Source of the DNA: Mobula hypostoma
Lineage: Eukaryota
DNA length: 64,000 nt
Assembly: GCF_963921235.1 (NCBI RefSeq)
Contig: NC_086102.1
Coordinates: forward strand, 22,568,001 to 22,632,000
Reading direction: 5' to 3'
The notes under the pieces were generated by a model that was not told where the DNA came from, ran no database searches, and saw only the letters and a list, made by a program, of their open reading frames with translations. Each line of letters begins with the position of its first letter. Position 1 is the stretch's first letter. This document shows, piece by piece, positions 28,069 to 40,614 of the stretch. The translations under genes and the position numbers were made by a program.

Positions 28069-28307
28069 GGAAATGAACTTCTCTTTGACAAGGATTCCAG
28101 GCTGAACGTAACTGGTGACTTCATTTCCTCAGGCGGTGTCTCACTGAACTCCCTCCCCCACTACAGACATATCAGACTACAGACCAGAGACTGGATTGAG
28201 TTGCTTCACACAGTCAAGTTCACCACTGCCCTTAACTTTTAGACTCTTTCCAAGGTTTAGCAGTGAGTGACAATTCCCATTTTTTCATTTCCTCAGGTGG
28301 TGAGTCA
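28069..28307. promoter_or_regulatory. Cluster of ETS/IRF composite-like motifs plus an AP-1 site; possible alternative first-exon donor
   Basis: GGAAATGAAC (28069, +), GAGGAAATGAAG (28119-28130, -), GAGGAAATGAAA (28283-28294, -), TGAGTCA (28301-28307); donor GTG|gtgagt at 28299/28300. Confidence 0.35.
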
Positions 28308-28320
28308 GGAGTCCAGGAGT

Positions 28321-31300
28321 CTCTTCAAAGACCCTATTGTATCCGCCTCCACCACCGCCGCTGGCAGCCCATTCCACGCACTCACCACTCTCTGTGTAAA
28401 AAACTTACCCCTGACATTTCCTCTGTACCTATTTCCAAGCACCTTAAAACTGTGCCCTCTCGTGCTAGCCATTCCAGCCTGGGAAAAAGCCTCTGACTAT
28501 CTGCATGCTCAATGACTCTCATCATCTTGTACACCTCTGTCAGGTCACCTCTCATCCTCCGTCGCTCCAGGGAGCAAAGGCCGAGTTCACACAACCTATT
28601 CTCATAAGGCATGCTTCCCAATCCAGGCAACATCCTTGTAAGTCTCCTCTGCACCCTTTCTATGGTTTCCATGTCTTTCCTGTAGTGAGACGACCAGAAA
28701 TGAGCACAGTACTCCAAGTGGAATCTGACCAGATTCCTATATAACTGCAACATTACCTCTCAGCTCTTGAACTCAATCCCACAGTTGATGAAGGCCAATA
28801 CACCATGTGCCTTCTTAACCACAGAGTCAGGCTTGTAAGGCAGGACCTGCCTTTGACAAAGCCATGCTAACTATTCCTAATCATATTATACCTCTCCAAA
28901 TGTTCATAAATCCTGCCTCTCAGGATCTTCTCCATCAACTTACCAACAACTGAAGTAAGACTCACTGGTCTATAATTTCCTAGGTTATCTCTACTCACTT
29001 TCTTGAATAAGGGAACAACATCTGCAACCCTCCAACCCTCCGGAACCTCTCCCATCCCCATTGATGATGCAAAGATCATCACCAGAGGCTCAGCAATCTC
29101 CTCCATCGCCTCCCACAGTAGCCTGGGGTACATCTCATCCAGTTCCGGAGACTTATCCAACTTGATGCTTTCCAAAAGCTCCAGTACATCCTCTTTCTTA
29201 ATGTCTACATGCTCAAGCTTTTCAGTCCATTGCAAGTCATCCTTACAATCGCCAATATCCTTTTCCTTAGTGAATACTGAAACAAAGTATTCATTAAGTA
29301 CCTCTGCCATCTCCTCTGGTTCCATACACACTTTTCGACTGTCACTCTTGATTGGTCCTATTCTCTCATGTTGCTCTTCACATACTTATAGAATGCCTTG
29401 GGGTTTTCCTTAATCCTGTCTGCCAAGGGCTTCTCATGGCCCCTTCTGGCTCTCCGAATTTCATTCTTAAGCTCCTTCCTGCTCGTCTGATAATCTTCTA
29501 GATCTTTATCATTACCTAGTTTTTTGAACCTTTCATAAGCTCTTTTCTTCTTGACTAGATTTATAACAGCTTTTGTGCACCACGATTTCTGTACGCTACT
29601 ATGCTTTCCTTGTCTCATTGGAATGTATCTACGCAGAACCCCATGTAAATATCTCCCGAACATTTGGCACATTTCTTTCATACGTTTCCCTGAGAACATC
29701 TGTTTCCAATTTATGCTTCCAAGTCCCTGCCTGATAGCATCATATTTCCCCTTACTCCAATTAAATGACTTCCTAACTTGTCTGTTCCTATCCCTCTGCA
29801 ATGCTATGGTAAAAGAGAAAGAATTGTGATCACTATCTCCAAAATGCTCTCCTACTGAGAGACCTGACAACTGACCAGGTTCATTTCCCAATACCAAATC
29901 AAGTACAGCCTCTCCTCTTGTAGGCTTATCTAAATATTGTGTTAAGAAACCTTCCTGAACACACCTAACAAACTCTACCCCATCTAAATCCCTCACTCGA
30001 GGGAAATGCCAATCAATATTTGGAAAATTAAATTCTCCCACAACAAAAACCCTGTTATTATTACTCCATTCCAGAATCTGTCTCCCTATCTGCTCCTCGA
30101 TTTCCCTGTTACTATTGGGTGGTCTATAAAAAACACCCAGTAGAGTTAATGACCCCTGCCTGTTTCTAACTTCCACCCACAGAGACTCCGTAGACAACCC
30201 CTCCATCACTTCCTCCTTTTCTGCAGCCGTGACACTATTTCTGATCAACAGTGCCATGCCCCCACCTCTTTTGTCTCCTTCACTGTCCTTCCTGAAGCAT
30301 CTAAAGCCTGGCACTTGAAGTAGCCATTCCTGCCCCTGCACCATCCAAGTCTCTGTAATGGCCACAACATCATAGCTCCAAGTACTGATCCATGCTCTAA
30401 GCTCATCCACTTTATTCATAATACTCCTCGCATTAAAATAGACACATCTCAAACCATTGGTCTGAATGCGTCCCTTCTCTATCACCTGCTTATCCTCCCT
30501 CTCACACTGTCTCCAAGCTTTCTCTATTTGTGAGCCAACCTCCCTTTCCTCCGTCACTTCAGTTCGGTTCCCACCCCCCCAGCAATTCCAGTTTAAACTC
30601 TCCCCAATAGCCTTTGCAAACCTCCCCGCCAGGATATTGGTCCCCCTCAGATTCAAGTGCAACCCATCCTTTTTGTACAGGTCACTCCTGCCCCAGAAGA
30701 GGTCCCATTCATCCAGATATCTGAATTCCTGCCTCCTGCTGCAATCCCTCAGCCAAGCATTTATCCTCCACCTCATTCTATTCCTATACTTACTGTCACA
30801 TGGCGCAGACAGCAATCCTGAGATTACTGCATTTGTGGTCCTGCTTCTCAACTTCCTTCCTAATTCCCTGTAGTCTGTTTTAGGACCTCCTCCCTTTTCC
30901 TACCTATGTCATTGGTACCAAAATGTACCACGACCTCTGGCTGCTCTCCTTCCCACTTCAAGATATTGTGGACGCGAACAGAAACATCTCGGACCCTGAC
31001 ACCTGGGAGGCAAGCTACCATCCGTGTTTCTTTCCTGCTTCCACAGAATCGCCTGTCTGACCCCCTAACTATAGAGTCCTCTATCACTGCTGCCATCCTC
31101 TTCCTTTCCCTACCCTTCTGAGCCACAGGGTCAGACTCTGTGCCAGAGGTGCAGCCACTGTTGCTTCCCCCAGGTAGGCCGTCCCTCCCAACGGTACTCA
31201 AACAGGAGTACTTATTGTTAAGGGGGACAGCCACTGGGGTATTCTCTAGCACTTGCTTCTTGCCCTTCTCTCTCCTGACTGTTACCCACTTATCTGTCTC

Positions 31301-31850
31301 CTAAGGCCCCGGTGTGACGACCTGCCTATAGCTCCTCTCCATCACCTCCTCATTCTCCCTGATCGGATGAAGGTCATCGAACTGCATCTCCAGTTCCCTA
31401 TCCCGGTCCCTAAGGAGCTGCAGCTCAATGCACTTGGTGCAGATGTGGCCGTCCGGGGGGCTGGGAGTCTCCAGGACTTACCACATCTGACACCGAGCAC
31501 AGAAAACTGGCCTCACATACTTTCTGTCTGTATTGTAAACAGATAACTTATCTTGCCTCGACCCATTATCGCGGAAGCCCCATTGAGCCAAAGCCTTCCT
31601 ACTCTGTCCCCCTCTGCTCGAATGCCGGCTCCTCTGGCGTCCGCTCTGTAAAGCTGTCTTCTTTTAAAACTCTTCCCACTGTTCTCACTGGCCGACCTCC
31701 ATGCGCTTGCACAGTCGTGCCCCGTTCAAACTGCTGAAGAAATAACCGTCACCTTTTCAATTCTGCTCGGTTTTAAACTCTTCATGCTGTTCTCACTGGC
31801 CGACCTCCATGCGCTTGCACAGTCGTGCCCCGTTCAAACCGCTGAAGAAT
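28321..31850 (-). mobile_element. Near full-length CR1 LINE (5' UTR, ORF1 zinc finger + SGNH esterase, ORF2 APE + RT) with internal deletion and stops
   Basis: ORF1 pieces C-x2-C...HICTKC and IVRGSDRRFCG...CLPG.RV.DV...VVVHFGTNDIG; APE YFNARSIMNKVDEL...AITETW...GVFYRPP...SDHN; RT KSPELDEMYPRLLWE...NYRPVSLTS; 3' part LYRNLVRFHLEYC. Confidence 0.92.
31661..31849. repeat. Two-copy tandem duplication (about 80 bp unit, about 108 bp period) in the CR1 5' UTR
   Basis: ctgttctcactggccgacctccatgcgcttgcacagtcgtgccccgttcaaac(t/c)gctgaagaa occurs twice, near-identical. Confidence 0.95.
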
Positions 31851-32584
31851 TCATCTTCTGGAAGTCCCCCAGAATTTAAATGATATTAAATACCCCTCAT
31901 GATATGACACAGTATTAAGTACCCATTTACACTACACAAAGACCAGGGAGGATGAGGGTGGTGGCCCACTACGTCAGCAAGTCCTTCCTGGTCCATAGAT
32001 CCTGGGATTGGATATCCGTGCAAGCAGGAATCATGAGAGCAGGTGACGCCCTCAGTATGCGAGTCATCGAGTTCAGTGTTTGAGGCCTGGAATGTAGGGA
32101 ATTTAGGGTGAGGAACGAGATGCCTGTAGGACATCAAATTAGATGCTTTTGTTCAAGAAGGGCAACAGGATTATGCCACTGATTGCGGGCCAGCAAATTA
32201 AATTAATTAACTGCCTCTCATGATCACCTCTCACTCTCCTACACTCCCAAGGTATAAGCCTGTCCAGCCTCTCCCCATAACTCAGTCCTGGCAACATCCA
32301 TGTAAATCTTTTCTGCACGCTTTCCACCTTTCCTACAGCAGGGTGGCCAAAACTGAACACAATTCTCCAAGAGTGGTCTCAGCATCATCTTGCACAACCG
32401 TACCGTGACATCCCATCTTTTGTACCCGATGGCCTAACTGACAGTTTTCAAGAGAAATCATTATTTCTGTTAGTCTAAATGCTGCCTGACCTGCTGAACG
32501 TTTCCACTATTTTCTGTTTTACTTACGTTGATTGTGATATTATATGCTGTCAGCTACCGTGTTGGATGGGTGCCATGGTTTGGC

Positions 32585-32865
32585 GTTGGCTAGTGTGACG
32601 CTATTACAGATCAATGCATTCCAGAGTTCAGGGTTCAATTCCGGCATCATCTGTAAAGAGTTTGTCTGCCCTCCCTGTGAACAGTGTGGGTTTCCCCCGG
32701 GTTCTCCACTTTCCTCCCACAGTCCAATGACATACCGGTTAGAAAGTTAATTGGTTATTGTAAATTATCCTGTAATTAGGCAAGGGCTAAATAGGTGGGT
32801 CGCTGGGTGGTATGACTTGTTAGGCTGGAAAGGCGTGTTCCACACTGTATCGCTAAATAAATAAA
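32585..32865 (+). mobile_element. V-SINE (HE1-type)
   Basis: B box gggttcaattcc, V-domain tttcctcccacagtccaatgac, TAAA tail. Confidence 0.8.
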
Positions 32866-33044
32866 TTTCCACACACCTGTTATTCCCTGTGTGGCCAAGC
32901 AGCAGAATCAATCCCTTTTCCCATCTATTGTAAGGAGACTTGCGTCCACTGTTCCATATTTGTCTCCCACTCTGTTTGTGGAGTGGCATTTGTCCTGTCA
33001 GATTAACATGGGGTCATACGTACCCAGAACAGTTCTTGTGAGCA

Positions 33045-33285
33045 CTTATTTATTTAGAGGTCCAGCGTGGCGACAGGTTCTTCCGGCTGAACGAGCCCGC
33101 ATTGCCCAATTGTGTCCATGTGACCAACTAACCTGCTAACCCTTCTGGCTTTTGAATGTGGCAGGAAACTGGAGCACCCGGAGGAAACCCACACGCTCAT
33201 GGGGAGAATGTACAACGGGAATTGAACCCTGGTTACTGGCGCTGTAATAGAGTTACGCTAACCATTATGCTACCCTGCTGCCTAT
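33045..33285 (-). mobile_element. V-SINE (HE1-type)
   Basis: ggaaactggagcacccggaggaaacccac...gggaattgaaccc...gctaaccatt is the reverse complement of the V-domain and tRNA head. Confidence 0.8.
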
Positions 33286-33384
33286 TTCAGTAAATACAAA
33301 ATACTCTGCAGGTGCAGGGGTCAAAGCAACACTCACAACACGCTGGAGGAACTCAGTAGGTCGGGCAGCATCCGTGGAAACAAT

Positions 33385-33420
33385 CAGTCAATGTTTCGGG
33401 GCCGGACTTCATCAGGACTG
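33385..33420 (-). ncRNA. Degenerate hammerhead motif within a Penelope-repeat fragment (about 33295-33490)
   Basis: Reverse complement reads cagtc-CTGATGA-agtccggcccc-GAAA-CATT-gactg; stems II and III are disrupted. Confidence 0.5.
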
Positions 33421-33637
33421 AAGAGGGAAGGGGCAGAGGCCCTATAAAGAAGGTGGGGGGGAGGGTGGGAAGGAGAAGGCTGGTAGGTTCATATTTTTTT
33501 CAGCTTTTTTCAGTAATACCACCAGTCAGAAGTATTATGTAATTGAGCATTACTGTAAGTTACTGCAATAATTATTTTAATAATCCATATGTTTATTATT
33601 TCAGGCATCACATTTAACATAAAATTCCTGGTACACC

Positions 33638-33683
33638 ATGGTGGCGGTTACAACACATCTAGTACTGTTTAGCTTGTCATTAG
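33638..33683 (+). CDS. IGSF5: IGSF5-like coding exon 1 (signal peptide MVAVTTHLVLFSLSL-G); the exon itself starts at 33605
   Basis: Acceptor tttcag|G at 33604/33605, in-frame upstream TAA, strong Kozak context CACCATGG, hydrophobic peptide, donor TAG|gtgagt. Phase 1 matches the next exon. Confidence 0.85.
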
Positions 33684-35388
33684 GTGAGTATCCTGTCTAT
33701 AGAGTTGTTTTCATAATACACTGCCATAGTGAAATAGATCCCACCCACCCCTGAATGAAAAGAGTGGAGTTTTGACAACCATAGACTCAATTGGGTTTGT
33801 GCAGCGATCAAGGTTAGGAGGAGAGCGTTGGACACCAGCGTGTTGAAGGAGGAGGGGATGAATGAGAAGACATCATGGCAGAAGAGGGATCTGAGCTCTG
33901 TAGGTCAGGTGTGGGAGAAGTAGACAGAGGAATTAGGATCAGAATTAACAATGAAAGGAAATAGCTGGGTTGGGATGGAGGCAGCTTAGTGTAGCCCACA
34001 ATGAATGTGACTCAATCCAGTGTTGCGCTGGTGCCACCCTGTTGTTCCAGGAGTAACTAATAAAACTGGTCTACAAATGTTACTGGATCAGATCATCAGA
34101 ACATTTGTGGGAGCTTGCCATGCAAAAATTGACTGCTGTAAATTTTGCCTTCATTGATCCAGTTTGCTTTGCATTTCATTGGCTGTGCTTTGGGATGACT
34201 TGAAAGTGACATGGAAGTTGTCAGAATGCAACTGGATTCTTCAGAATATCTCCTACCATCAAGTGCAGCAACACTAATCCTGTTATTTGCTTATGACTGA
34301 GATATCATTTCCCTTCTGTTCTACATACTGGAATGCACCATTTCTTAACAGTTCTTTTTAAATTCAAAGCCATTATTTTTAAATAGAAAAATGAAGTTAA
34401 GTTTCCCTCTTGCAACAGAACTAATGACCTAAATTGATTTGTGCAACGCCCTTTCTTCAGGTGCTAGTCAGACTCTAAGCATCCAAAATGTCAGAAAGAA
34501 AGTGCACAAATATTGGGCAGATTATTTGCCATATTTTTCAATGGGGTAAGGACAGGCAGAAGGATTACTGTCCTGATACATGACCCAGATATTGATCTCT
34601 GAGGATCCATACAGGCAAGCCACTGTAATCCAGTCAGAGATGAAGATTTGAAGTCTAAATCACCAGCTTCTCTGGCAACACTGAGAATGAGAGAGGAGGA
34701 TCATGGGAAGTGTGAGTCTTGCCCTTGAGGAGAGTGGTGGGTCTGGATTGGTTCAGAGTTCAACAGGTACATCTGAACAGCAGGAATTTGGCCACAGGCC
34801 CAATTCCAGGCCTCTGTATTTAAATAAGTCCAAAGTTCAATGTATATTTATTATTAAAGTATGTGTACAGTATACAACCCTGAAATTTGTTTTCCCCACA
34901 GACAGTCCCAAAACAAAGAAGTTCCATGGAACTAACCTGTTCAAAGAAAAGCATCGAATGTCAAACCCCCTCCTCCCACATGCATAAAAAATGGCAACAA
35001 CAAAAAAATTGAAAACACAGAATATGAAACACACAAAGCACATTTCTGTCCAGTTCAGATCAGTGTTCATTATCTGCAGGCTGCCTGATTCAAAAATCAT
35101 CTAATAGTAATAGCAAAAGTTTCTATTTTATTAGAAGTAGACAGCCATCCATCTGACATTGGCACTATTTCACAGGAGGCACACACTAGTAGAGTTAGAT
35201 TCGCATTGCTTTTGAAGTCTCTATTGTATGATATCCAGATGCTGAGAAAAGTTTATTCGTGCAATTGTACTGTTACAGGCTTGAAAGCCAAGAGGACATT
35301 GATTGCCAACTTTTTCCTTTCTTAAAAAATTTTTACAGCCATTTTTCTCGATGGTACATTTATGCTATATCAACTGTTTATCTTTTAG

Positions 35389-35703
35389 GTGTGTGTTTAT
35401 CTACTACAATCATAGCAGGTCCAAAAGATGCCTTTGTTTTGCTTAACGCCGATGCTGCGTTCAACTGCACAGTGTCAGTACCTTGGAGTGTTATCATCTG
35501 GTTAATGGACTCGAGACCCATCCTTACTGTTGTAGGAGAAGGACCAATTATAACAGATCCTCAATTTGGGCAACAAAATTACTCAACTGAGACCACTTTT
35601 ACTTCAGAACTTATCATCTCATCAGTGACCATGAAAGAAAACATGACCGTGAGGTGCAGTATCCAAACCGACGGATATAAAGAGGCATTTTTGTTTGTAC
35701 AGG
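35389..35703 (+). CDS. IGSF5: IGSF5-like IgV domain exon (315 nt, phase 1-1)
   Basis: Splice sites tcttttag| and CAGG|gtcagt. Encodes IIAGPKDAFVLLNADAAFNCTVSVPWSVIIW...GPIITDPQF...FTSELIISSV...VRCSIQ...AFLFVQ, closely parallel to the recalled IGSF5 pattern EGPQNA.VL.GS.ARFNCTVS.GW.LIMW...PIITNDRF...FTSEMIIHNV...IRCSLQ...AYLTVQ. Confidence 0.92.
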
Positions 35704-35796
35704 GTCAGTACTAATGCTTTAAAAATTCTGAACTTCATTCATGATTTGGAATCTGAGGTTGTTCTCTGCTGAGTAGAGATAATTAAAAGTTAAGAG

Positions 35797-36095
35797 ACAA
35801 CACGGTAGTGTAGTGGTTAACACAAGGCTTTACAGGGCAGTAGAAGAGGGTTGAATTCCTGTTGCTGTAAGGATTTGGTACGTTCTCCCTGTGACCACGG
35901 GGGTTTCCTCTGGGTGCTTCAGTTTCCTCCCACAGACCAAAGACGTACCGGTTGGAAGATTAATTGGCCATTGTAAATTGTCCCATGATCAGGTTAGAAT
36001 CAAATTGGGAGATTGCTGGGCGGTGTAGGTCGAACATCCGGAAGGGCCTATTCTGTGTTATAGTTCAATAAACGAATAAATAATAATAAATAAAT
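35797..36095 (+). mobile_element. V-SINE (HE1-type)
   Basis: cacggtagtgtagtggtt...gttgaattcc...gtttcctcccacagaccaaagacgtacc; AAT-rich tail. Confidence 0.85.
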
Positions 36096-37563
36096 ATTCA
36101 ACTCCCTTTGTTCAAATTGTGAGTGTCCTCAACAGGGATGATATGGAGGGCATCAATGATGACTATATTGGTGAGGGGATAGGAACAAAATGTTTATTTC
36201 GATGCAGTGAATTGTTTGATCTGAAAAGCACCACCTGAAAGAGCTCTGGGGGAAGATTGTTGATGCAGGAGAAAATGGCAGAGTAAAGGAAAATGATAAA
36301 AAGAGATAAATAAAGGACCAAAAGGTGTATTCAGAGAAGGTGTGAATGGTTAAGTAAACATTGCAGTGTGTCCAGAAAGGCAGGCGAAGGTTGGAAATGT
36401 ATAATTTTCTAATTTTGATGGTCAGTCCTCAACCTGAAATACTGCCTCCACATCCCTTTCCACTGAGTATATTTTCCCTTTTGTACTTCATTCTAATCTC
36501 TGTCATTTTCCTCTTTTTTGTTATTAAATACAAACATATGAATATGGTGCAGAAGATTCTCAGACTCTCCAGCCATTTTATAACGTTGTGCACAGACTAA
36601 CAGAAAACCACACTATTTGGGAATTCTACATGACCAAGATTACCTTTGTGGTTTTAAAAGTACCTTTGAAACATTTTAAATGGTTTACAAAATATTCTTT
36701 CTTCCTTCAACTTACTATTAATCTCTAATACATCTTTGGTTCTTGCGTTCTTAACCCTTTATAAAAATATTTTGACCTCTGCTTTAAGCCTTTGCTACAT
36801 CTAATGGTTACTGGTGTCAGGATGGTTGAAAGACAATTGGCTGAATGAGCCTTGTGCCAGCCATTTGAGGTTCTGGTTTTGTGCTGTGACCAACTGCAGT
36901 CTATATTGTAAGCTGATGATCAAACCACTCTTTCATCTAATAGGATCAGAAGCTTCGAGCAGGAGATGTGGAAGGGAAGAGAGTCAAGACAGGGGTTACA
37001 AAGGCTATCTGACAGATCAAAAGAAATGCATCTTTACGGTTTTCTGTACATTTCAACTACTGGACTGAAGGCAATTCTTTCCAGTCTCGTCCTTGGTTTC
37101 TTTTCGTCTTGTGTGCTTTGATTTTTGTCTGTTTCAGTTGTTCACACTCTTCAAGCATGTGAGGAAATGTTTTATCTTGCTTAGTCCTTTTTATTCACCT
37201 CTGCATACAGTCACAATCATGCCTTTCCCAGAGGAGTAGATATGCAGTAGATATTTATGTTTCCAATGCTAGCTTGCATTGATGTATTATCTATAATGCA
37301 GCAAGGTGGTCCAAGGAGCTTTGCGTGAATATTTTTAAGCACGTGAACAGTCAGCTGTACCAGAGTACATAAAGCTTGGTTAAGGAAATGAGCTAGTATT
37401 GAATTATGCTTGGAAAGTTACTTTGATTCATTTTTCATTCATTGTAGACCTATAGTTCTCCACTATTTCTTGAAGGTTTATTACATCTTCTTTCATGAAC
37501 ATAAGCACAAAATGTGTTTTGGGACCAATTTTCTTATTGAATTTACTTTTTGTTATAGGTATA

Positions 37564-38110
37564 TACACTCAGTGTTTACTTTATTAGGTACAGCTCATCG
37601 TTAATGCAAATATCTAATCAGTCAATCATGTGGCAGCAACTCAATACACAAAAGCATGCAGACATGATCAAGAGGTTCAGTTGTTCAGACCAAATATCAG
37701 AATGGGGAGGACATGTGATCTAAGTGACTTTGATCGTGGAATGATTGTTGGCACCAGACGCCGTGGTCGCAATATCTCAGTAACTGCTGATCTCATGGGA
37801 CGTTCATGAGCAACAAACAGACTTGAGTTTACAGAGAATGGTGGATAAACAAAAAAAAAATCCAGCGAGCTGCTGTTTTAAGGGCAAAAAAAAAATGCCT
37901 TGTTAATGAGAGAGGTCAGAGGAGAGTGGCCAGACTGGTTCAGGCTGACATGAAGGCGACAGTAACTCAGATAACCATATATTATAAAGGTGGTGTGCAG
38001 AAGAGCATCTCTGAATGCACAACACATCGAACCTTGAAGTGGATGGTCTACAGCAGCAGAAAACCATGTATATACACTCGGTGGACATTTTGTTAGGTAC
38101 CTCCTGTAAC
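37564..38110 (+). mobile_element. Tc1-derived non-autonomous element
   Basis: TA|cactcagtg...ttattaggtac TIR; transposase N-terminal remnant; second forward TIR near 38073. Confidence 0.85.
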
Positions 38111-38114
38111 ATAT

Positions 38115-38551
38115 GACGGCAGGGTGGAAATATGTCTCTACCAAAGGAGGTGTAAGGTGCTCTTTCCCTCCATTAGCTTGAAGGCCACCCTTGGTCAAAG
38201 TGTAGCACCTGCTTAGTCACCCCATCTCCCCCCCCCCCAGCCCCCGATCAAGGTCACGTGAAGCCGGGGGAGCAGGTAGCGGATGGTCTGTATGAGCAGC
38301 CGGTGCATATCGCAAGTCCTGGTTACGCAATCTCTGACATCAGGCAGACAATCACTGAAGAGCATTGGCAATGGTTGGGGTCACCTGTCTTGTAAGATAC
38401 TACCCAGAAAAAGGCAATGGCAAACCACTTCTGTGGAAAAATTTGTCAAGAACAAACATTGCAATGGAAAGACCATGAACGCCCCACGTAATATCACATG
38501 ACACATAATAATAACAACAATAATAATAATAATAGTAATAATAATAATAAT
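38115..38551 (+). mobile_element. RTE-related SINE / non-autonomous element with (TAA)n tail; second partial copy at about 60010-60330 (-)
   Basis: aaggcaatggcaaaccacttctg motif resembles Bov-A/RTE-derived SINE ends; microsatellite tail 38506-38551. Confidence 0.6.
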
Positions 38552-39363
38552 GTGTACTTTATTGATCCGGAGTGGGAAATTCTTTCATTACAGCAACAAT
38601 ATTTAAAACACACACTTAGCAGTGTGCAAACTTAACTAAAAATAAAGTACAAAACAATAATATACCCCTCTGTCCACTTGGATGGTCTTGAAGCTGGGTA
38701 TGGCAGCACTATCATGATAATGACGATGATATACCCAATAAAGCGGACTCTGAGAGTATATAACTTATGAGTAAACTATGTATTAGTCCTTTAAGTACTG
38801 CTAGAGCTATAACAGAGAACGGGGCCATTTGACTCATCCCACAGCGCATTCCCACTGGTTCCATTCAATTATTCCTCTGCAGACTTACACCTTATACTTT
38901 TTAGCTTGCTTTCCAACTCCCCTTTCAGTTTTTTTTGCCACTTTCTGTACCTACTCTCAGGGTAATTCAGCCTCCAAGTGCGCCTTTGGAACGTGGGTGG
39001 AAACTGGAATGTGTGTGGTCAAACCTCCAGACGAGGGTCAGTTTTGTTTTACACAGGGAGTGCTGGATGCATGGCGTGCACTGCTCTGCATGGCGGAAGA
39101 GGCAGATACATTAGGGACATTTAAGAGACACTTTGATAGGCACTTGGACGAAAGAAGCATAGAAGGCTATGTGGGAGGGAAGGGTTAAATTCATCTTGGA
39201 GTAGGTGAAAAGGTCTGCACAACATCCTAGGCCAAGGGGCCTGCACTGTGCTGTACTGCTCTATCTTCAGTGTTCTTTATATATATTTGTTAAATTGAAT
39301 GGCAAGTTCATCACTGTTAAGACAACACACAAACCAAAATCCCTGCTCTTATTCTACTCACAG

Positions 39364-39663
39364 TTGACGGACCTCTATATTTTGAGAAGATGATTTCATC
39401 TGTTGTGGTAAACCATGCCACGGATGTCGTCTGTAAGGCAGAAGGCTGGAATCCTGCACCGACCATTAGTTGGAAAAATAATGGAACAATGGTTGATTCG
39501 AAAATGTACAACACTACTACCCAACAGTCTTCAGAAAATCTCTACAATACCATCAGCATTTTAAACCTGACCCTTAGTGCTAATGCCAAGATCATCTGTC
39601 TGGCTGAGATCAAAGCTCTTCCTCAGCCTAAATCTGCTGAACTATCCATCACTGTGAAACCAT
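39364..39663 (+). CDS. IGSF5: IGSF5-like second Ig (C-type) domain exon (300 nt, phase 1-1)
   Basis: Splice sites ctcacag| and CCAT|gtaagt. Encodes VDGPLYFEK...VVCKAEGWNPAPTISW...ISILNLTL...IICLAEI...SITVKP, with the two Ig cysteines and the core Trp. Confidence 0.92.
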
Positions 39664-40614
39664 GTAAGTATAGTGCTTTGTGCATTGGGGTGAAGAAGGG
39701 CTTATTTAATACTGTGATTTACTGTTAGTCTCAGAGATAAGAGTTATTTCAATCCTAGTCTATGGGAAGGTACTGCAGATGGATAACTGTCGTATAGGGA
39801 ATGAAGTATTGCAAGGTATATCTCAACTTTGTTTCCTGGAGAATATGGTACTAGATGTATCTGCTGGTGAGAAAAAAAAAGCAATATTGTTTACCATACT
39901 GGCCTGGACCAAGGATGTGAAAGCCATTAATCATTCCTTGATTCTGATTAAATGTTTTGTGGGGGCACAATAAATAAAGACAGGATTAGGTTCAAACTTC
40001 CTGACATTTATCTGCTGAGTCCTCTTCTGAGGAATGGCTTCTGAAAGGGACCACTGGTAGTTCACAAGAATCCACAGAATGACTTTGGTGGCAAAGAAGA
40101 TAATTGTATAAACTTATTTTTTAACTTTAGCCTTATTTATAGGGAAGCAGACTTAACCACATAATGTGGAGAATAGAACCATGTTTATTAAATGTACAAT
40201 GCAGAAACACTACTGGATTTGTAACCAGTAGTGATTTTTATCCTATGATGTTTAGTATTGATACCTTGAAGGATTATAAAACCAATTTTTAATTGGTATA
40301 ATTGGGAGCTGTGCACCACCAGAGGTGATGAAAGTCACCTTTCTTTAAAATCAAGAGGACATATAAAATTATCTATGTCACATCCCCATCAAATAACTAT
40401 CTTCTTCCCCACTGAATTTATCACACAAGCAGCTCTCTCTCCAGTACAATGGCAATGGTGAACAGAGACAATTTTTCCAAGGTTCCTATGTTTATGCATT
40501 AGAAATTTGCAATATTAAGGTTTGTCCCCCCTTTTCCAAATTTAAAATCAATTAATGGCATTTAACAATTTGCTAGCTTTTCAATAGTGTTTAAAGCTAA
40601 TACATTCTAATGAA

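Noticed and set aside
28297-28299. 3-nt microexon (cctcag|GTG|gtgagt)
   Set aside because: It would lie upstream of the start codon with no reading-frame role. The pyrimidine tract is equally explained as the ETS-IRF-like motif. No independent support.
38190-38285. HDV-like ribozyme at the 5' part of the RTE-related SINE
   Set aside because: Only one helix (cacctgct/agcaggt) is evident. P1 and P3 could not be paired convincingly, and the second copy is deleted here. A consensus-level fold would be needed.
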